Source: Octopus sinensis
Lineage: Eukaryota
Direction: 5' to 3'
Assembly: GCF_006345805.1 (NCBI RefSeq)
Contig: NC_043014.1
Span: forward strand, 26,350,001-26,414,000
Length of the DNA: 64,000 bases
In this document: positions 1 to 12,577 of the stretch, piece by piece
Layout of the letters: every line of letters starts with the position of its first letter
Numbering within the stretch: position 1 is the stretch's first letter
Program-made: the position numbers and the translations under genes
Notes under the pieces: model-generated
What the model saw: the letters and a program-made list of their open reading frames with translations, nothing else
Databases searched by the model: none
Told to the model about the DNA's origin: nothing

Positions 1-11
1 ATATATTTAGG

Positions 12-486
12 CGCATATATCTATCTAGGCGCAGGAGTGGCTGTGTGGTAAGTAGCTTGCTAACCACCCACATGGTTCCGGGTTCTATTTATTTATCTAT
101 TTATCAAACTGTTTATCTGTCTATCTATCTATCTATCTATCTATAATACTCTTTACTCTTTTACTTGTTTTAGTCATTTGATTGTGGCCATGCTGGAGCA
201 CATCCTTTAGTCGAGCAAATAAACCCCAGGATTCATCTTCATAAGCCTAGTACTTATTCTATTGGCCTCTTTTGCCGAACCGTTAAGTTACGAAGACGTA
301 AACGCACCAGCATCGGTTGTCAAGCGATGTTGGGAGGACAAATATAAACACACAAACATACAAACACGTACATCTAGGTGCATATATCTATCTAGGCGCA
401 GGAGTGGCTGTGTGGTAAGTAGCTTGCTAACCACCCACATGGTTCCGGGTTCTATTTATTTATCTATTTATCAAACTGTTTATCTG

Positions 487-525
<39 letters not shown>

Positions 526-785
526 GTCTATCTATCTATCTATCTATCTATCTATAATACTCTTTACTCTTTTACTTGTTTTAGTCATTTGATTGTGGCC
601 ATGCTGGAGCACATCCTTTAGTCGAGCAAATAAACCCCAGGATTCATCTTCATAAGCCTAGTACTTATTCTATCGGCCTCTTTTGCCGAACCGTTAAGTT
701 ACGAAGACGTAAACGCACCAGCATCGGTTGTCAAGCGATGTTGGGAGGACAAATATAAACACACAAACATACAAACACGTACATA
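12..785. repeat. Local tandem duplication (367-nt offset) of a SINE head + (TCTA)n + antisense SINE tail
   Basis: ctatctaggcgcaggagtgg occurs at 21 and 388. The units are near-identical except for (TCTA)n length. Confidence 0.85.
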
Positions 786-968
786 TATATATATATACAT
801 ATATATGATGGGCTTCTTTCAGTTTCCGTCTACCAAGTCCACTCACAAGATTTTGGTCGGCCCGAGGCTATAGTAGAAGACACTTGCCCAAGGTGCCACG
901 CAGTGGGAATGAACCCGGAACCATGTGGTTGGCGAGCAAGTTATTTACCACACAGCCACTCCTACGCC
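558..968 (-). mobile_element. tRNA-derived SINE, family A (head + internal microsatellite + tail)
   Basis: Minus head GGCGTAGGAGTGGCTGTGTGGT...GGTTCCGGGTTCATTCCC with A/B-box-like motifs. Same family at 9315, 27217, 53742 and 56978. Confidence 0.8.
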
Positions 969-1000
969 TATATATATATATATATATAGATATACACAAC

Positions 1001-1077
<77 letters not shown>

Positions 1078-1462
1078 TATATATATGTATATATATAAAT
1101 ATATATACATATATATATATACATAAATACATATATATACATATATACATATATATATATACATATATATTATACATATATATATACATATATATATACA
1201 TATATATATATATATACGTATATATATATAATACATATATATATACATATATATATACATATATACATATATATATATATACATATATATATATGCATAT
1301 ATATATATATATACATGTATATATATACACATATATACATATATATAAATATATATACATATATATACATATATATGTATATATATTTATACATATATAT
1401 ACATATATATGTATATATATATATATACATATATATATATGCATATATATACATATATATAC

Positions 1463-1519
<57 letters not shown>

Positions 1520-1548
1520 CACACATATATATATATATATATATTATA

Positions 1549-1582
<34 letters not shown>

Positions 1583-1635
1583 CTATATATATAATATATA
1601 TATATATATGTATATACACATATATATATGTGTAT

Positions 1636-1690
<55 letters not shown>

Positions 1691-1691
1691 T

Positions 1692-1735
<44 letters not shown>

Positions 1736-1747
1736 TATACATATATA
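968..1747. repeat. (TA)n / (TATACA)n microsatellite
   Basis: Direct reading; source of the IYIY ORF artefacts. Confidence 0.97.
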
Positions 1748-2000
1748 ACGGGAAGCTTTATGAAAATAGACAAAAGACGAAGGCAGGTGGGAAACAAACA
1801 AACAATTGTATTAGTATGGCGCTCAGGAAATATAAATAAAACAAGTCTTTAACGTTTCGAGCCTACGCTCTTCAACAGAAAGATACACAGAGAGAAAAAA
1901 ACACAGAAAGAAGGAGAGAAAAAAAATGCGTGCAGTAACTAACGAATCAACATGGCGATCTGATTTCGGCCAGAGGTCAAGATCAAACATGAGACGCGAG
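1748..2000 (-). mobile_element. Short PLE pseudo-LTR-like repeat carrying a variant minimal hammerhead
   Basis: Minus TCTTT-CTGTTGA-A-GAGC-gtag-GCTC-GAAAC-GTT-AAAGA at 1846-1883. Homologues at 2795-3065 and 40935-41115. Confidence 0.6.
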
Positions 2001-2049
2001 AGCGAAATAAGGGGAGATAATAGGGTTGATAATAGGGTTGAATGACCAG

Positions 2050-2395
2050 CTATTAGTGCGTAGGAAAGGTCTGGACGTGTGTATGTATAGGGTTGGTGTA
2101 TGTATTAGTATGTATTACTATGTATAAGGGTGTGTGTGTGTGTGTGTATGAGAGAGTATTAGTGCGTATGATAGGTCTGGACGTGCGTATGTATGGGGTT
2201 GGTGTATGTATTAGTATGTATTAGTATGTATTAGTACGTATTAGTATGTATAAGTGTGTGTGTGTGTGTATGAGAGAGTATAAGTGCGTATGAGAGGTCT
2301 GGACGTGTGTATGTATAGGGTTGGTGTATGTATTAGTATGTATTAGTATGTATTAGTACGTATTAGTATGTATTAGTTGGTGTATGTATTAGTAT
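2050..2395. repeat. Three ~110-120 nt tandem units with internal (TGTATTAGTA)n
   Basis: aggtctggacgtg(t/c)gtatgtat(a/g)gggttggtgtatgtattag is repeated three times. Confidence 0.85.
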
Positions 2396-2424
2396 GGCAC
2401 ATCATATATGATGTGATGTGTAAA

Positions 2425-2732
2425 GTCGTGTGGTGTAGTGTGGAGAGAGGAGAAGAGGGCGAGGGGAGAGGGGGGAAGAGGAGAAGAGGGGAGAGGGGGG
2501 AAGAGGAGAAGAGGAGGGGGGAGGGGGGGAGAGAGGAGGGGGAGGAAGGAGGAAAGAGGGAGAGGGGGAGAGAGAAGGGGAGTGAGGGAGCAGAGGGAAG
2601 GCGAAGAGGGAAGGAGGGAGGGAGAAAGAGGGAAGAAGGGAAGGGGAGTAGGGGTGAAAGGATGAAGGACTGAAGAAGTAGGGGTCGGGGGGAAAGGATA
2701 GGTGAGGAGGGGGGAGAGGAGGGGGGAGAGAG
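2425..2732. repeat. Polypurine (G/A-rich) low-complexity tract
   Basis: Almost exclusively G and A on the plus strand. Confidence 0.9.
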
Positions 2733-2738
2733 ATATAC

Positions 2739-2786
<48 letters not shown>

Positions 2787-2794
2787 ATATATAT

Positions 2795-3065
2795 AGTTTC
2801 AATTTACAAAAACAAAACAAAACAAAATACAAAGACTGGTGTGTAAACAACAAACAGATGCATTAGTTTAACGCTCGGGAAGTGAGAAAGTATTTTACGT
2901 TTCGAGCCTACGCTCTTCAACAGAAAGGGACACAGAAATAAACAGAGAGAAAATAAATAAAAAGGTTTAGTGGCCAGCGATCAATCATGGCAAAGGCCAG
3001 ACAGAGGTCGTCAGACAGGAGAGCTCGGAAGAAGGGGAGATAATAAAGCAGTGGTGATCCCAAAA
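2795..3065 (-). mobile_element. Second copy of the short pseudo-LTR-like hammerhead repeat
   Basis: acgtttcgagcctacgctcttcaacagaaag is identical to the 1852-1882 copy. Confidence 0.6.
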
Positions 3066-3196
3066 TGAAGGTGCGCGTGCGTGTGTATGTGAAATCATCT
3101 ATGTGCGTGTGGATAGGTGAATTTGACTCGTGCGCATGTGCATATGTAGGTGTATGTATGATGGTGTGCATGCTAGGAAGTAATCATATATATATA

Positions 3197-3247
<51 letters not shown>

Positions 3248-3277
3248 ATATATATACATGATATTATATATATATAA

Positions 3278-3552
3278 TGGAGGCGCAATGGCCCAGTGGT
3301 TAGGGCAGCGGACTCGCGGTCGCAGGATCGCGGTTTCGATTCCCAGACCGGGCGTTGTGAGTGTTTATTGAGCGAAAACACCTAAAAGCTTCACGACGCC
3401 CCGGCAGGGGGTGGTGATCTTTCACCACTCTTTCTTCTGTTGGCCTGCTCGCTTAGCCAGCGGGGTTGCGTCATTCGAAGGCTAAAACAATGCGAATGCA
3501 TTGTGACCAGCGATGTGTAACAACATCTGATGGTCTGGTCGGTCACGTGACG
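3278..3552 (+). mobile_element. tRNA-derived SINE, family B
   Basis: GGAGGCGCAATGGCCCAGTGGTTAGG...GGTTTCGATTCCC tRNA-like head with a non-tRNA body. Copies at 46077 and 50749. Confidence 0.8.
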
Positions 3553-3576
3553 TGATATATATATAATATATTGCAT

Positions 3577-3654
<78 letters not shown>

Positions 3655-4094
3655 ACCTATGTATAACTATAGTCCATGCATCCTACACATAAGAAATGTT
3701 TTTGTTTTTTGAGATTCATTCTGCATCTTTCTCTTGTAATTGTGAGACAGAAAATTATAAAATAAAAATTTGAATAAAATCAAAATGTTTATAAAATATT
3801 TTGCTTCGAATTATCTTTTTATGTATGCATATATACATCAATCCACCCATCGACGCTTTCATCTATCAATCTTTCTATCAATTCATCCATGAACTCATAT
3901 AAATGTGTGTGCATGCGTGTACGTTTAACATACAAATGTACAAATACACACGCATATGTTTCAGCATTTGTATATGTGTAACTGGGAATCGACTTGTGGT
4001 CAAATATGACCACCTCTTGGTTTTTACCATGGAAGCCATCATGGATTGAATGGGGGTAGACATATATACATGCCCGCATGCATACATACATATA

Positions 4095-4560
4095 TACATA
4101 TAAACATACAAATACAATGACTTTGAGCGCATTTTTCAGTATATCCATGATAAACAACAGAAAAATATTACAAGTTCTACTAAATCTAGAAGACATCACC
4201 ACTTCCTCACTAAATATGAACAACATTCAGTCAAGAACCCCAGAGTCGTTCCGAATGCCCTTCTACCACTGAGGATCTCCCCTGGCGGAAGCACATCCTT
4301 AGCATAGCTAAAACAGCATTCCAAAATTGGCGCTTCGATTGAGGGTCAAAAATTATTTCAATCCTCAACGGCTGACACTCTAAAGGGCTGCTCTCAATGT
4401 GGCACGGTGCTGCTGCTACGGATAAAGACATCTTGGAGCGCATCAAGGGAATGACCATGAAATTAAGTGGAATTTAATACCTAACCGACTTGGCTCGGCC
4501 TCTGGCCCACTGATATGCTGTGTTCTATCCATGTCTTTAATATCTAGTAACCATAGTCTT
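4095..4560 (+). mobile_element. Degenerate CR1/Jockey-type LINE, C-terminal RT region
   Basis: Frame pieces DLPWRKHILSIAKTAF..., WHGAAATDKDILERIKG..., LAH*YAVFY match the typical post-RT region; stops and frameshifts present. Confidence 0.65.
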
Positions 4561-5471
4561 TGTATATCTTCCAGACATATGAGACTGATACAGTGGATAC
4601 TCATCAAGATACAGAAATGTTCAAAGATAGTATATCTTTTAATGGTCCAGGAGTGTAGATTAGTGACATTCTAGCAAGATTGCTAGTTTCTATCTTAGCT
4701 AACTTCAATTATTAGTACCTATGATTTATAGACTTAATCAATAATATGTAAAATAACAGGCTATACCATGGTTACTTGCTATATTTTACATCCATACTGG
4801 GAAACAACTGCAATGTTCCAACAGTTGAATCACTGACAGTAAGAAAGAAATGGGAGTGTTTGTAATTTGGTACAGTAACAAATACCCTAAGGGACTTCGT
4901 TCAAGAACATCTTTTCGGTATTGTCACCGATGTTTGCCGTTAAACTTCAGCGAGAGAAACACATACATATACACAGAAACGTGCACTCATGTACAGGCAC
5001 ACACATATACACACACACACTGACACACGCACAGAGATAAACAAACATGCATGCACATACATACATACAGACAGACACATGTAAGTAAGTAGTTAGATAG
5101 ATAGATTTACAATTGGTGAAGTTATTAGAGTATCGGGCGAAATAACTTGCACTCTCCCCGTATCTTACGTTGGTGGTAATCATACTCTGTCATCGAGTTG
5201 AGCTCCATCACTTGGTTCTTGGGTATTTGGGTATCTTTGACAGAATCTAGCCTGTTGCAAGCATTTGGACCATTGAAAATACCTTCCTTCCCACTTTCCA
5301 CTAGTTTCGCAGGTCCTTCAAACCGTTATATGTGCTAACTATATCTCGTTACTTGGAAAGAAATTCATGTGCGCGTGTATGTATGTATATATATATATAT
5401 ACATACATAATACATACATAATACATACATACATAATACGTACATACATACATTCATACATACATACATGC

Positions 5472-6801
5472 ATAGTGATAAAGCATTCCACTGATGCCAT
5501 AAAGACACAAGTCTGGGTATTCCTACCGACGTACTGTAGTAAGCGAGTTGTTAGAGTGAGGGTGAGAAAAGTGCGACCGGAGTTGAATGAAACATGGCTG
5601 GTTGCCGCAGTCATGTACAATATGGAGAAGGATGCGAAAATCCTGAGAGTAACAAGAACGAAAAGAATGAAGTGGTGGGGACACGGAATCGATATTGCAG
5701 TACATGTAAGTGTGAGTAACATGAATAAAATTCCAGAAGAAATCATTCTACCCGAAGATATGAGATTGAGAGTGGTACTGGATGGAAGGCATCCCATATG
5801 CTACCTGTGTGGCGAGAAAGGCCACATGAAGTCGAGATGCCCCCAAAGAGAAGAGAAGAAACAACAGATGGAACAGTCTAAGGAGCAGGAGAGGGTGAAC
5901 GATGTGGTGCAGGAAGATGAGAAGGAGGCAACAGGAATAGAGGAGGAATTTGAAGTGGTCAAAAAACGAAAGGGGAAAGAAAGAATGGGCTCTCCGCTGG
6001 AGAGACAGAAAAAGATAAAAAGGAAGCAGATAAAGAGGTGGAGAAGGAAGTCGTAAAGGATGTTCGAAAGGAGGTCGAGAAAGAGGTACAAAAAGAGGTT
6101 GAGAAGGAGGTTATGGAGGAGGAGGGGGAGATAGAAGCAAGCATACGAAAGAATGTTTCAGGACAGCAACGAGAAGAAACAGCGATACTAACCAGGATCG
6201 AGGCGGTAGCGCCAAGATTGGAATATAGAAAACAAGCAAGAATGGCGAGAAAACATAGCTGGAATTTCGTGACATATGCTAAAAGCATAAATACCTAAAA
6301 AAAAAAAACCAAGCTTAAATCCGTTATAAGGGTTAAGTTGCCAAAGGAGATGTACGGTGAAAATGTAAAAGCTATTTTAATTGATAAAGAAAAATATAAC
6401 AAGTTGAAGGAAAAGTGTCAAATTTAACAACCGGGATTTGTGGTGGAGTTCGACAAATTACCGCCAGTAGTAAAATTAAGTGAACTAGAGCCGCACATAA
6501 GATATTAATAAAAAAAAGAGTAAAATTGTTTGCGAAAAAAGGAAAAAAGAGAGTAAACAAAATGATGCTAATTGTGAAAAACATATCTGGGAAAAAGAAA
6601 AAGATTATAAACTGAAAGTAAGAACGTTCAAATGGTACTATATGTGAGTGGGGTGCATGCAGCCATTTCATCACTATCGATTTCATTATTCGTTTTTTGT
6701 TCATTTTTCATTAGTTTTATACTTTTTGTCCCCACTGTGGTGTTCTGTCTGTCCTTGTTTTGTCTCTCTGTGTTCATGGCCTTGGTGCCAAATAAAGAAA
6801 A
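5472..6801 (+). mobile_element. ORF1-only (gag-like, CCHC) retroposon copy 1, 5'-truncated
   Basis: RVRVRKVRPE..WLVAAV..KWWGHG..CYLCGEKGHMKSRC (CX2CX4HX4C at 5799-5840). Ends in a tail with AATAAAGAAA. No APE or RT motifs between ORF1 and the tail. Confidence 0.75.
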
Positions 6802-6919
6802 GCAGTCAGCGAGATACGCTGTTCAGGCCAGTCACGCAGACGACGAAGTTACATCGTCATAATGTAGGACATATCAATGGCAACGAGGAATCGGAGCTCA
6901 CGCAGTGGGAAAATGTTTA

Positions 6920-8500
6920 AAATCCCGAGGTGGGATTTGAACTTCACACAGTGAAAAGTAATATACACACAGAGCATATATATATATAAATGTAAAGATT
7001 CCAAAGAAAAAAATGTCAGATAAAACTGGAACTCTAACACAGAATTGAACTTCACACAATGAATATGTACAGGGAGGGGAAGCAAAATTTACAATATTTT
7101 GAGGCAGGGATTGAAAGACAGTGTATGACCAATTAGTTTATTGAAAGTCATGAGAATTTATTTGCCAAAAGAAAATTTACATAATAGAAAATGTTTTTAT
7201 TCTATGTGTCCTCCTTCTTTCTCAATAACTGCCTTCATACACTTCCTGAAACTTGCACAAGTGTTCCTCGGATATTCGGGAGACAACTTCCCCCATTCTT
7301 CTTTAATAGCATCGTTAAAAGAGTCGACATTGCTGTGTGATGTTCTATTGGTAGCATGTTCTAAAACGCCCCAAATAGCATAATCCAGAGGGTTTAGATC
7401 TGGGCTAGAAGGCGGTCATAAACATGATTCCAAAAAATTGCTAAAGTTGGATTTGCAGAAATCTGGTATTTTTCTAGCTGTGTTGGCTGGAGCACCATCC
7501 TGTGTCCATACATAATTACCATCTGGGTAGTTTGCTTTAAGCCATGGCAATACCTGGTATCTCAGAGTCTTGTAGTAAGTATTAACATTGATCTTTTCAT
7601 CAGCTTTGTAGAATTTTATAGGCATTTTCTTTCCATCGGAAACCACAACACCAAAAGCCATAACTTGAGCAGGATGTTTTGTTTTAAATGTTCTCTTAAC
7701 TTCAGCTGTTGATTTTGCGATAAATCTGTCATTTCTGCGGTTCAGAACAGCATCAACAGTGAAGATCTTTTCATCTGAAAAGATCGTTACAATGGAGGAC
7801 TTTTTCTTGAACCATGTAATAATTTTCTTGCACCTTTCCAATCTCTTTTCCTTCATAGCTGTTGTCAACAAGTGTTTTGGTGTTCTTGTGTAAGATTTTA
7901 ACCTCAAATCATATTTTACTGCATTTCTAATGGTCTTGTTGTCTACCTGAAGTTCAATTGCCATTTTTCTCATGGATTTGGTTGGAGCCTTTAGGATTTT
8001 GGATTTGAGAGCTGTAATAAAAGCTTTGGTACGTTTTTTTGTTGATTCCTCCACTTCCAGACTTCATCGTAATAGTTTTGCTCTTAGTCATTCTATTCTT
8101 TACATTATAAACAGTCTTTATGGGCACTCCAACTATTCTTGAAATCTCCTTTGGTATGACGAGTGCATTCAGCAAATTACACACTCTTTGACAATTGCTT
8201 TTCTGATTACTCATATGGGCAAAAGCTTCTGAAAAGGTAAGGATAATAGTGTTAGGTATGATTATGACATCAATATATGCTAGGTTTCAAAACAATTGAC
8301 TTAGTGCCTGCTGAGAAAAACAACTTAACTTTCATTGTAAATTTTGCTTCCCCACCCTGTATAAAAAAAGATTCTTAAGAAAAAATGTCTGATAAAATTA
8401 GAACACTAACACAGAACTGAACTACACACAGTGAAAAGTGATATACAAAGTGAAACATATATAAAAAAAAGATTCTGAAGCAAAAATATTTCTGATAAGA
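6920..8500. repeat. ~110-nt minisatellite interrupted by the maT element
   Basis: aaagatt..aagaaaaaatgtc(a/t)gataaaa..aac.ctaacacagaa(t/c)tgaact.cacaca units on both sides of the insertion. Confidence 0.7.
7070..8359 (-). mobile_element. Tc1/mariner superfamily transposon, maT (DD37D) type, full length but inactivated
   Basis: 26-nt TIRs CAGGG(A/T)GGGGAAGCAAAATTTACAAT with TA on both sides. Motifs FSDEKIF, QDGAP and SPDLNPLD with 37 residues between the 2nd and 3rd D. One frameshift and an in-frame stop (7416-7418). Confidence 0.92.
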
Positions 8501-8676
8501 CAGGTACTACCTGTGAGGCACTTTGAAAAAATACATGGTCCTGTGTAGAACAAAAAAAAAATAATAATAAGTCCGTGCGAAGGATTTAATCGGGTCGCGA
8601 AGCTCTATCGGTAAACAATGTAGACTGGTACTACCCACGGCATTTTGAAATAAGAAATATGGTTCTATGTGAAACA

Positions 8677-8728
<52 letters not shown>

Positions 8729-8920
8729 TAATAATAATAATAGTAATAATAATAATAATAATAATAATATTAATATTAATAATATGTCTGCGTATGATTT
8801 AAGTCAGGTCGCTATATGTTAATAGCGCTACTGGTAAACAATGTAGACTGGTAGTACCTGCGGCATTTTGAAAAAATATATAATTCTGTGTGGAGCAAGA
8901 AAAAATCTAAATAAGAAAAG
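8497..8920. repeat. Tandem ~125-nt units with an embedded (AAT)n tract
   Basis: ggtactacc..ggca(c/t)tttgaaa..a.at.gttct.tgt recurs three times; (AAT)n at ~8678-8785. Confidence 0.7.
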
Positions 8921-9106
8921 AAAAATAATTCTGGTTAGAAGAAAAAGAAATGAAAAGTATATATATATATATATATATATACACTACTAATATAAGATGA
9001 AGTTTTTTTACAACGAGTAAATAATATGTGGAAACTGACGATGTAAAAGTCTGTTATCAGCTTATTGGCATAGAAATAATTTTCTTTGGCCCTTATTTAT
9101 AAGTTG

Positions 9107-9143
<37 letters not shown>

Positions 9144-9314
9144 ATTTTGTGATGAAAGAAGTGAAAAAATCTCAAAGGAGAGGTGTTGTAGAAGTCGCCC
9201 CTAGGTGGGAAGTGGGCTGGTTCAATTGTAATAAATACTGGACAGACTCAGTAACTAGTGTCAGTCAGCGAGGTACGCTGTTCGGGTCAGTCACGCAGAC
9301 GACGAAGTCATGAT

Positions 9315-9650
9315 TCACTGCGTGGTACCTTGGGAAAATGTCTTCTACTATAGCCTCGAGTTTAGTAGACGGAAACTGAAAGTAGCCCGTCGTATATATC
9401 TCTCTCCCTCTCTCTCTCTCTTTCTCTCTCTCTCTCTGTATATATATATGTATGTGTGTCTGTGTTTGTGACCCCAGCATCGCTTGACAACCGATGCTGG
9501 TGTGTTTACGTCCCCGTAACTTAGCTGTTCGGCAAAAGAAACCGACAGTATAAGTACTAGGCTTAGAAAGAATAAGTCCTGGGGTCGATTTGCTTGACTA
9601 AAGCATGGCCGCAGTCAAATGACTGAAACAACTACAAGAATAAAAGAATA
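9315..9650 (+). mobile_element. SINE family A, 5'-truncated
   Basis: cactgcgtggtaccttgg..gtagacggaaactgaaag..gacaaccgatgctggtgtgtttacg..gcatggccgcagtcaaatgactgaaac. Confidence 0.8.
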
Positions 9651-10364
9651 TCAATTTTATTTGTATCACAATGGAAAAGAAATGCAAAGTCAACGTGGTA
9701 CAAATAAGAATAAGCATAGAAGAAACCGGATCAACAAAACAACCCAAAAAATTAGATTGAGAAATGTAAAGAAAGAAGGGATGAAAAGTTTATTTATATT
9801 ATACTGCGATAATGTTTTTGTTAGAAGTAATACAAAATATAAACAAACTTTTCATCCCTTCTTTCTTTACATTTCTCAATCTAATTCTTTGTATGTTTAA
9901 CCTCTCATGATAAGTTACATTTGTCTTTATCCCATTTCCTCCCATAAACAATTATAAATATATTTTTCAAGTGCATTGTGATGTTTTAGCAACATTTTAA
10001 CGATCAATATTAGATATATTTCAACGATCAATATCTAATCACATGAACCCCACGTCCTAATAAGTTGTTGTTTACATTTGAGAACTACAAAATACAGTCC
10101 TCAAATTAGTTATTTCGTGATTCAAGACCAGAAAATATACTTACTTTTCCCTGAAGATACTCGATAATATATGGTTTTTCACATCTATAATCATTGTTTT
10201 GTTGATCAAGTTTTTTTATGCTTATTCTTATATGTATCACTTCTACTTTGCATTATTTTTCCATTGTGATACAAATAAAATGAACCAAGTATCTATTATA
10301 TTTTTTCTTCTCCATTTTCTTTTATTAACTTTATAATTTATTAAAACTCTGTCTCAGTTTTTCT

Positions 10365-10500
10365 CATTTTTACCAGGTGAGTGGACTGGAGCAACATGAA
10401 ATGAAGTTTTGCTCAACACAACGCATCAGCCGGTCCAGGAACCGAAATCACTATCTTACGATCATGAATCCAACGCTCTACACACTAAACCATGCGCCTC
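10365..10500 (-). mobile_element. tRNA-derived SINE head (third family)
   Basis: Minus GAGGCGCATGGTTTAGTG...GATTTCGGTTCC, followed by an (AC)n tract on the plus strand. Confidence 0.6.
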
Positions 10501-10518
10501 TACACACGCACGCACACA

Positions 10519-10583
<65 letters not shown>

Positions 10584-11949
10584 ATTTAAATATATGCACA
10601 TATATATATACATATATACATACGACGAAATTTTTTATAGTTACTATTTCGTGCTTACCAATTTTCACTTACAAGGTATGGATTAACTATTATAGGTGAC
10701 GCTATCATAGGTAGGGCGCACTGACATTCAACTTAGATCTTGCAGTGATAATCCATCAATCCGATTAGAGATATACATGAAGGTCCATTCTTTGGAGTGA
10801 TCCCGCTAAAAGGAGCCTTCATGGATGTATTTTGAGAACGGATCAGACCATCAGTAAGCTTGTCGAACCAAAATTGATTTGATTCCGAGAGACACGTTCC
10901 CTTTTTTACCGAATCATCGAATGATCTGGTATGCATTTTCTTTTAGACATTTTCTATATACCTGCATATTGACTTTATCGCTAAGGTGGTGTTTTAATTG
11001 TGGTCCCAGCATATGATATCCATAGGATGTAGGAACGACATCCAATTTTCTTCTTTATCTCAACTTACTATCAATATTTTTATTAGTAAATTATATTTCA
11101 TAGCAGAGTGCAGGTTAATAGCACTAAATTACATGCTCATCTTGATGTATCACAGTCGCATAAAGCACTTTTCTGTCTGATTTTGTTTTGTAATACCATT
11201 TGTCCACTTGTAAACATATATCGGTTTATTTATGTAGATGTAAGTGGATGCTGTTAATTGTTGGTCTTGTGTTAGCAAGATTTTTATGCAGTGCCGTAGA
11301 AAATGCGTTTGTGACAGTCGTAGGTATTGAGAGAAGAGGATATTGAGGATGGAAACAAAAACCTGACATTACGGTTTATAAACATATAAAGGAATAGAAA
11401 AACAATTATCCTTGATCTATAAATAAATCCACAAAAATTTCACAAGAAAACAAAAGAAGAGATAAAAGGGTAAACGTGAACAAATGAAAAGGGGAGAAAG
11501 TCCGTTATAAAAAGAAGGACAGGGTCTTTGAAGAGTTGACAGAATACCCTGAAATAAGCCCTATGCCATCAATACCAACTCAATAACCAAGACAAAAACA
11601 GCCAAAACCACAAACAACAGCCACAACAAAAGAACGCACAGACCACAACTTGCACTTCATCCATACATTGTATAGAGGATGGATAACAAAATTGGCTTCT
11701 GTGAGGATCTGATTAATTTACACCGATCAAATTTTTGTTTATAGTCCATTGACCATCACTACCTAGGGCTTGTCTGCATCTGCTAAGTAGTGAGTGTAAC
11801 TTATCGGAAAGGTTTCTAATCATGTAGCCAATGCATAAAAGCTGTTCTCTCTCAACTCTTCTGCTTGACTCTTGAGTCACTACAACAGAAACTGGATGAG
11901 TTGAAGGTCATCCCATTCGAATCAAGGCACGGGAGAGTCACAATATATA

Positions 11950-12300
11950 TACAGATGGCGTCACCATAATGATGTCGGACACTACCGAAGTCGAGATTAT
12001 GGAAGGTACGCATTCTACAGGTCAATCGGTCCTTCTGCTATCAACACCATGTACACAAACAGGTCATTGTGCCGTGGCTGTTCACGTACAAACATGCTAT
12101 CAAGAGTTTATCCAGTTCAGGATAAACTCCTGACACTACAGACGTGCCATCAACAAGTCTTATCTGAGATACGTGCAGAGTGTCGACGCTGTGCTACACG
12201 CGTTTGTTGAATGTCTAGTCCGAGGATTACTAATTTGTGGAGTTTTATCGTGGAGTTCCAATCTTAAAATTGAAAACAATTAAATTTGTGGATTTCAAAA
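11950..12300 (+). mobile_element. Possible degenerate L1/Tx1 ORF2 C-terminal zinc-binding region
   Basis: Frame pieces YPVQDKL and AVLHAFVEC resemble the LPVRxKL...ETxxHxFxxC motif; heavily decayed. Confidence 0.3.
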
Positions 12301-12577
12301 ACAAAAATGTAACAGTCAAGTTAAATCTGAATTCTAGATAGGACAGAAATCAAATCAGCATTCGGCCAGATGTCCGCTATCCAATTTGGCAGGTCAACTA
12401 CACGCTTGGTTCGTACAATGAGGCTTCTGCAGAGGTTCCATCACCCAAGTATGTTCAATTCAATGGGTATGGTATAAAATACTTGCACACGGTACGGCGC
12501 AGTGATATCGAACTGGAAGACACGTTATTGAGAAGCAAACGTCATTTAACGCAGGATCCACAACTGCATCCATTATA

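Noticed and set aside
868-1839. Many long [20 protein letters not shown] and LSIY ORFs here and throughout the window
   Set aside because: Translations of (TA)n, (CA)n, (TATG)n and (TCTA)n microsatellites, which lack stops in several frames.
2373-2853. E/G/R-rich and P/S/L-rich ORFs
   Set aside because: Products of the polypurine tract; no splice or homology support.
3278-3350. tRNA-like sequences at SINE heads (also 895-968, 10420-10500, 27217-27290)
   Set aside because: They have A/B boxes but no complete cloverleaf and run into SINE bodies; not tRNA genes.
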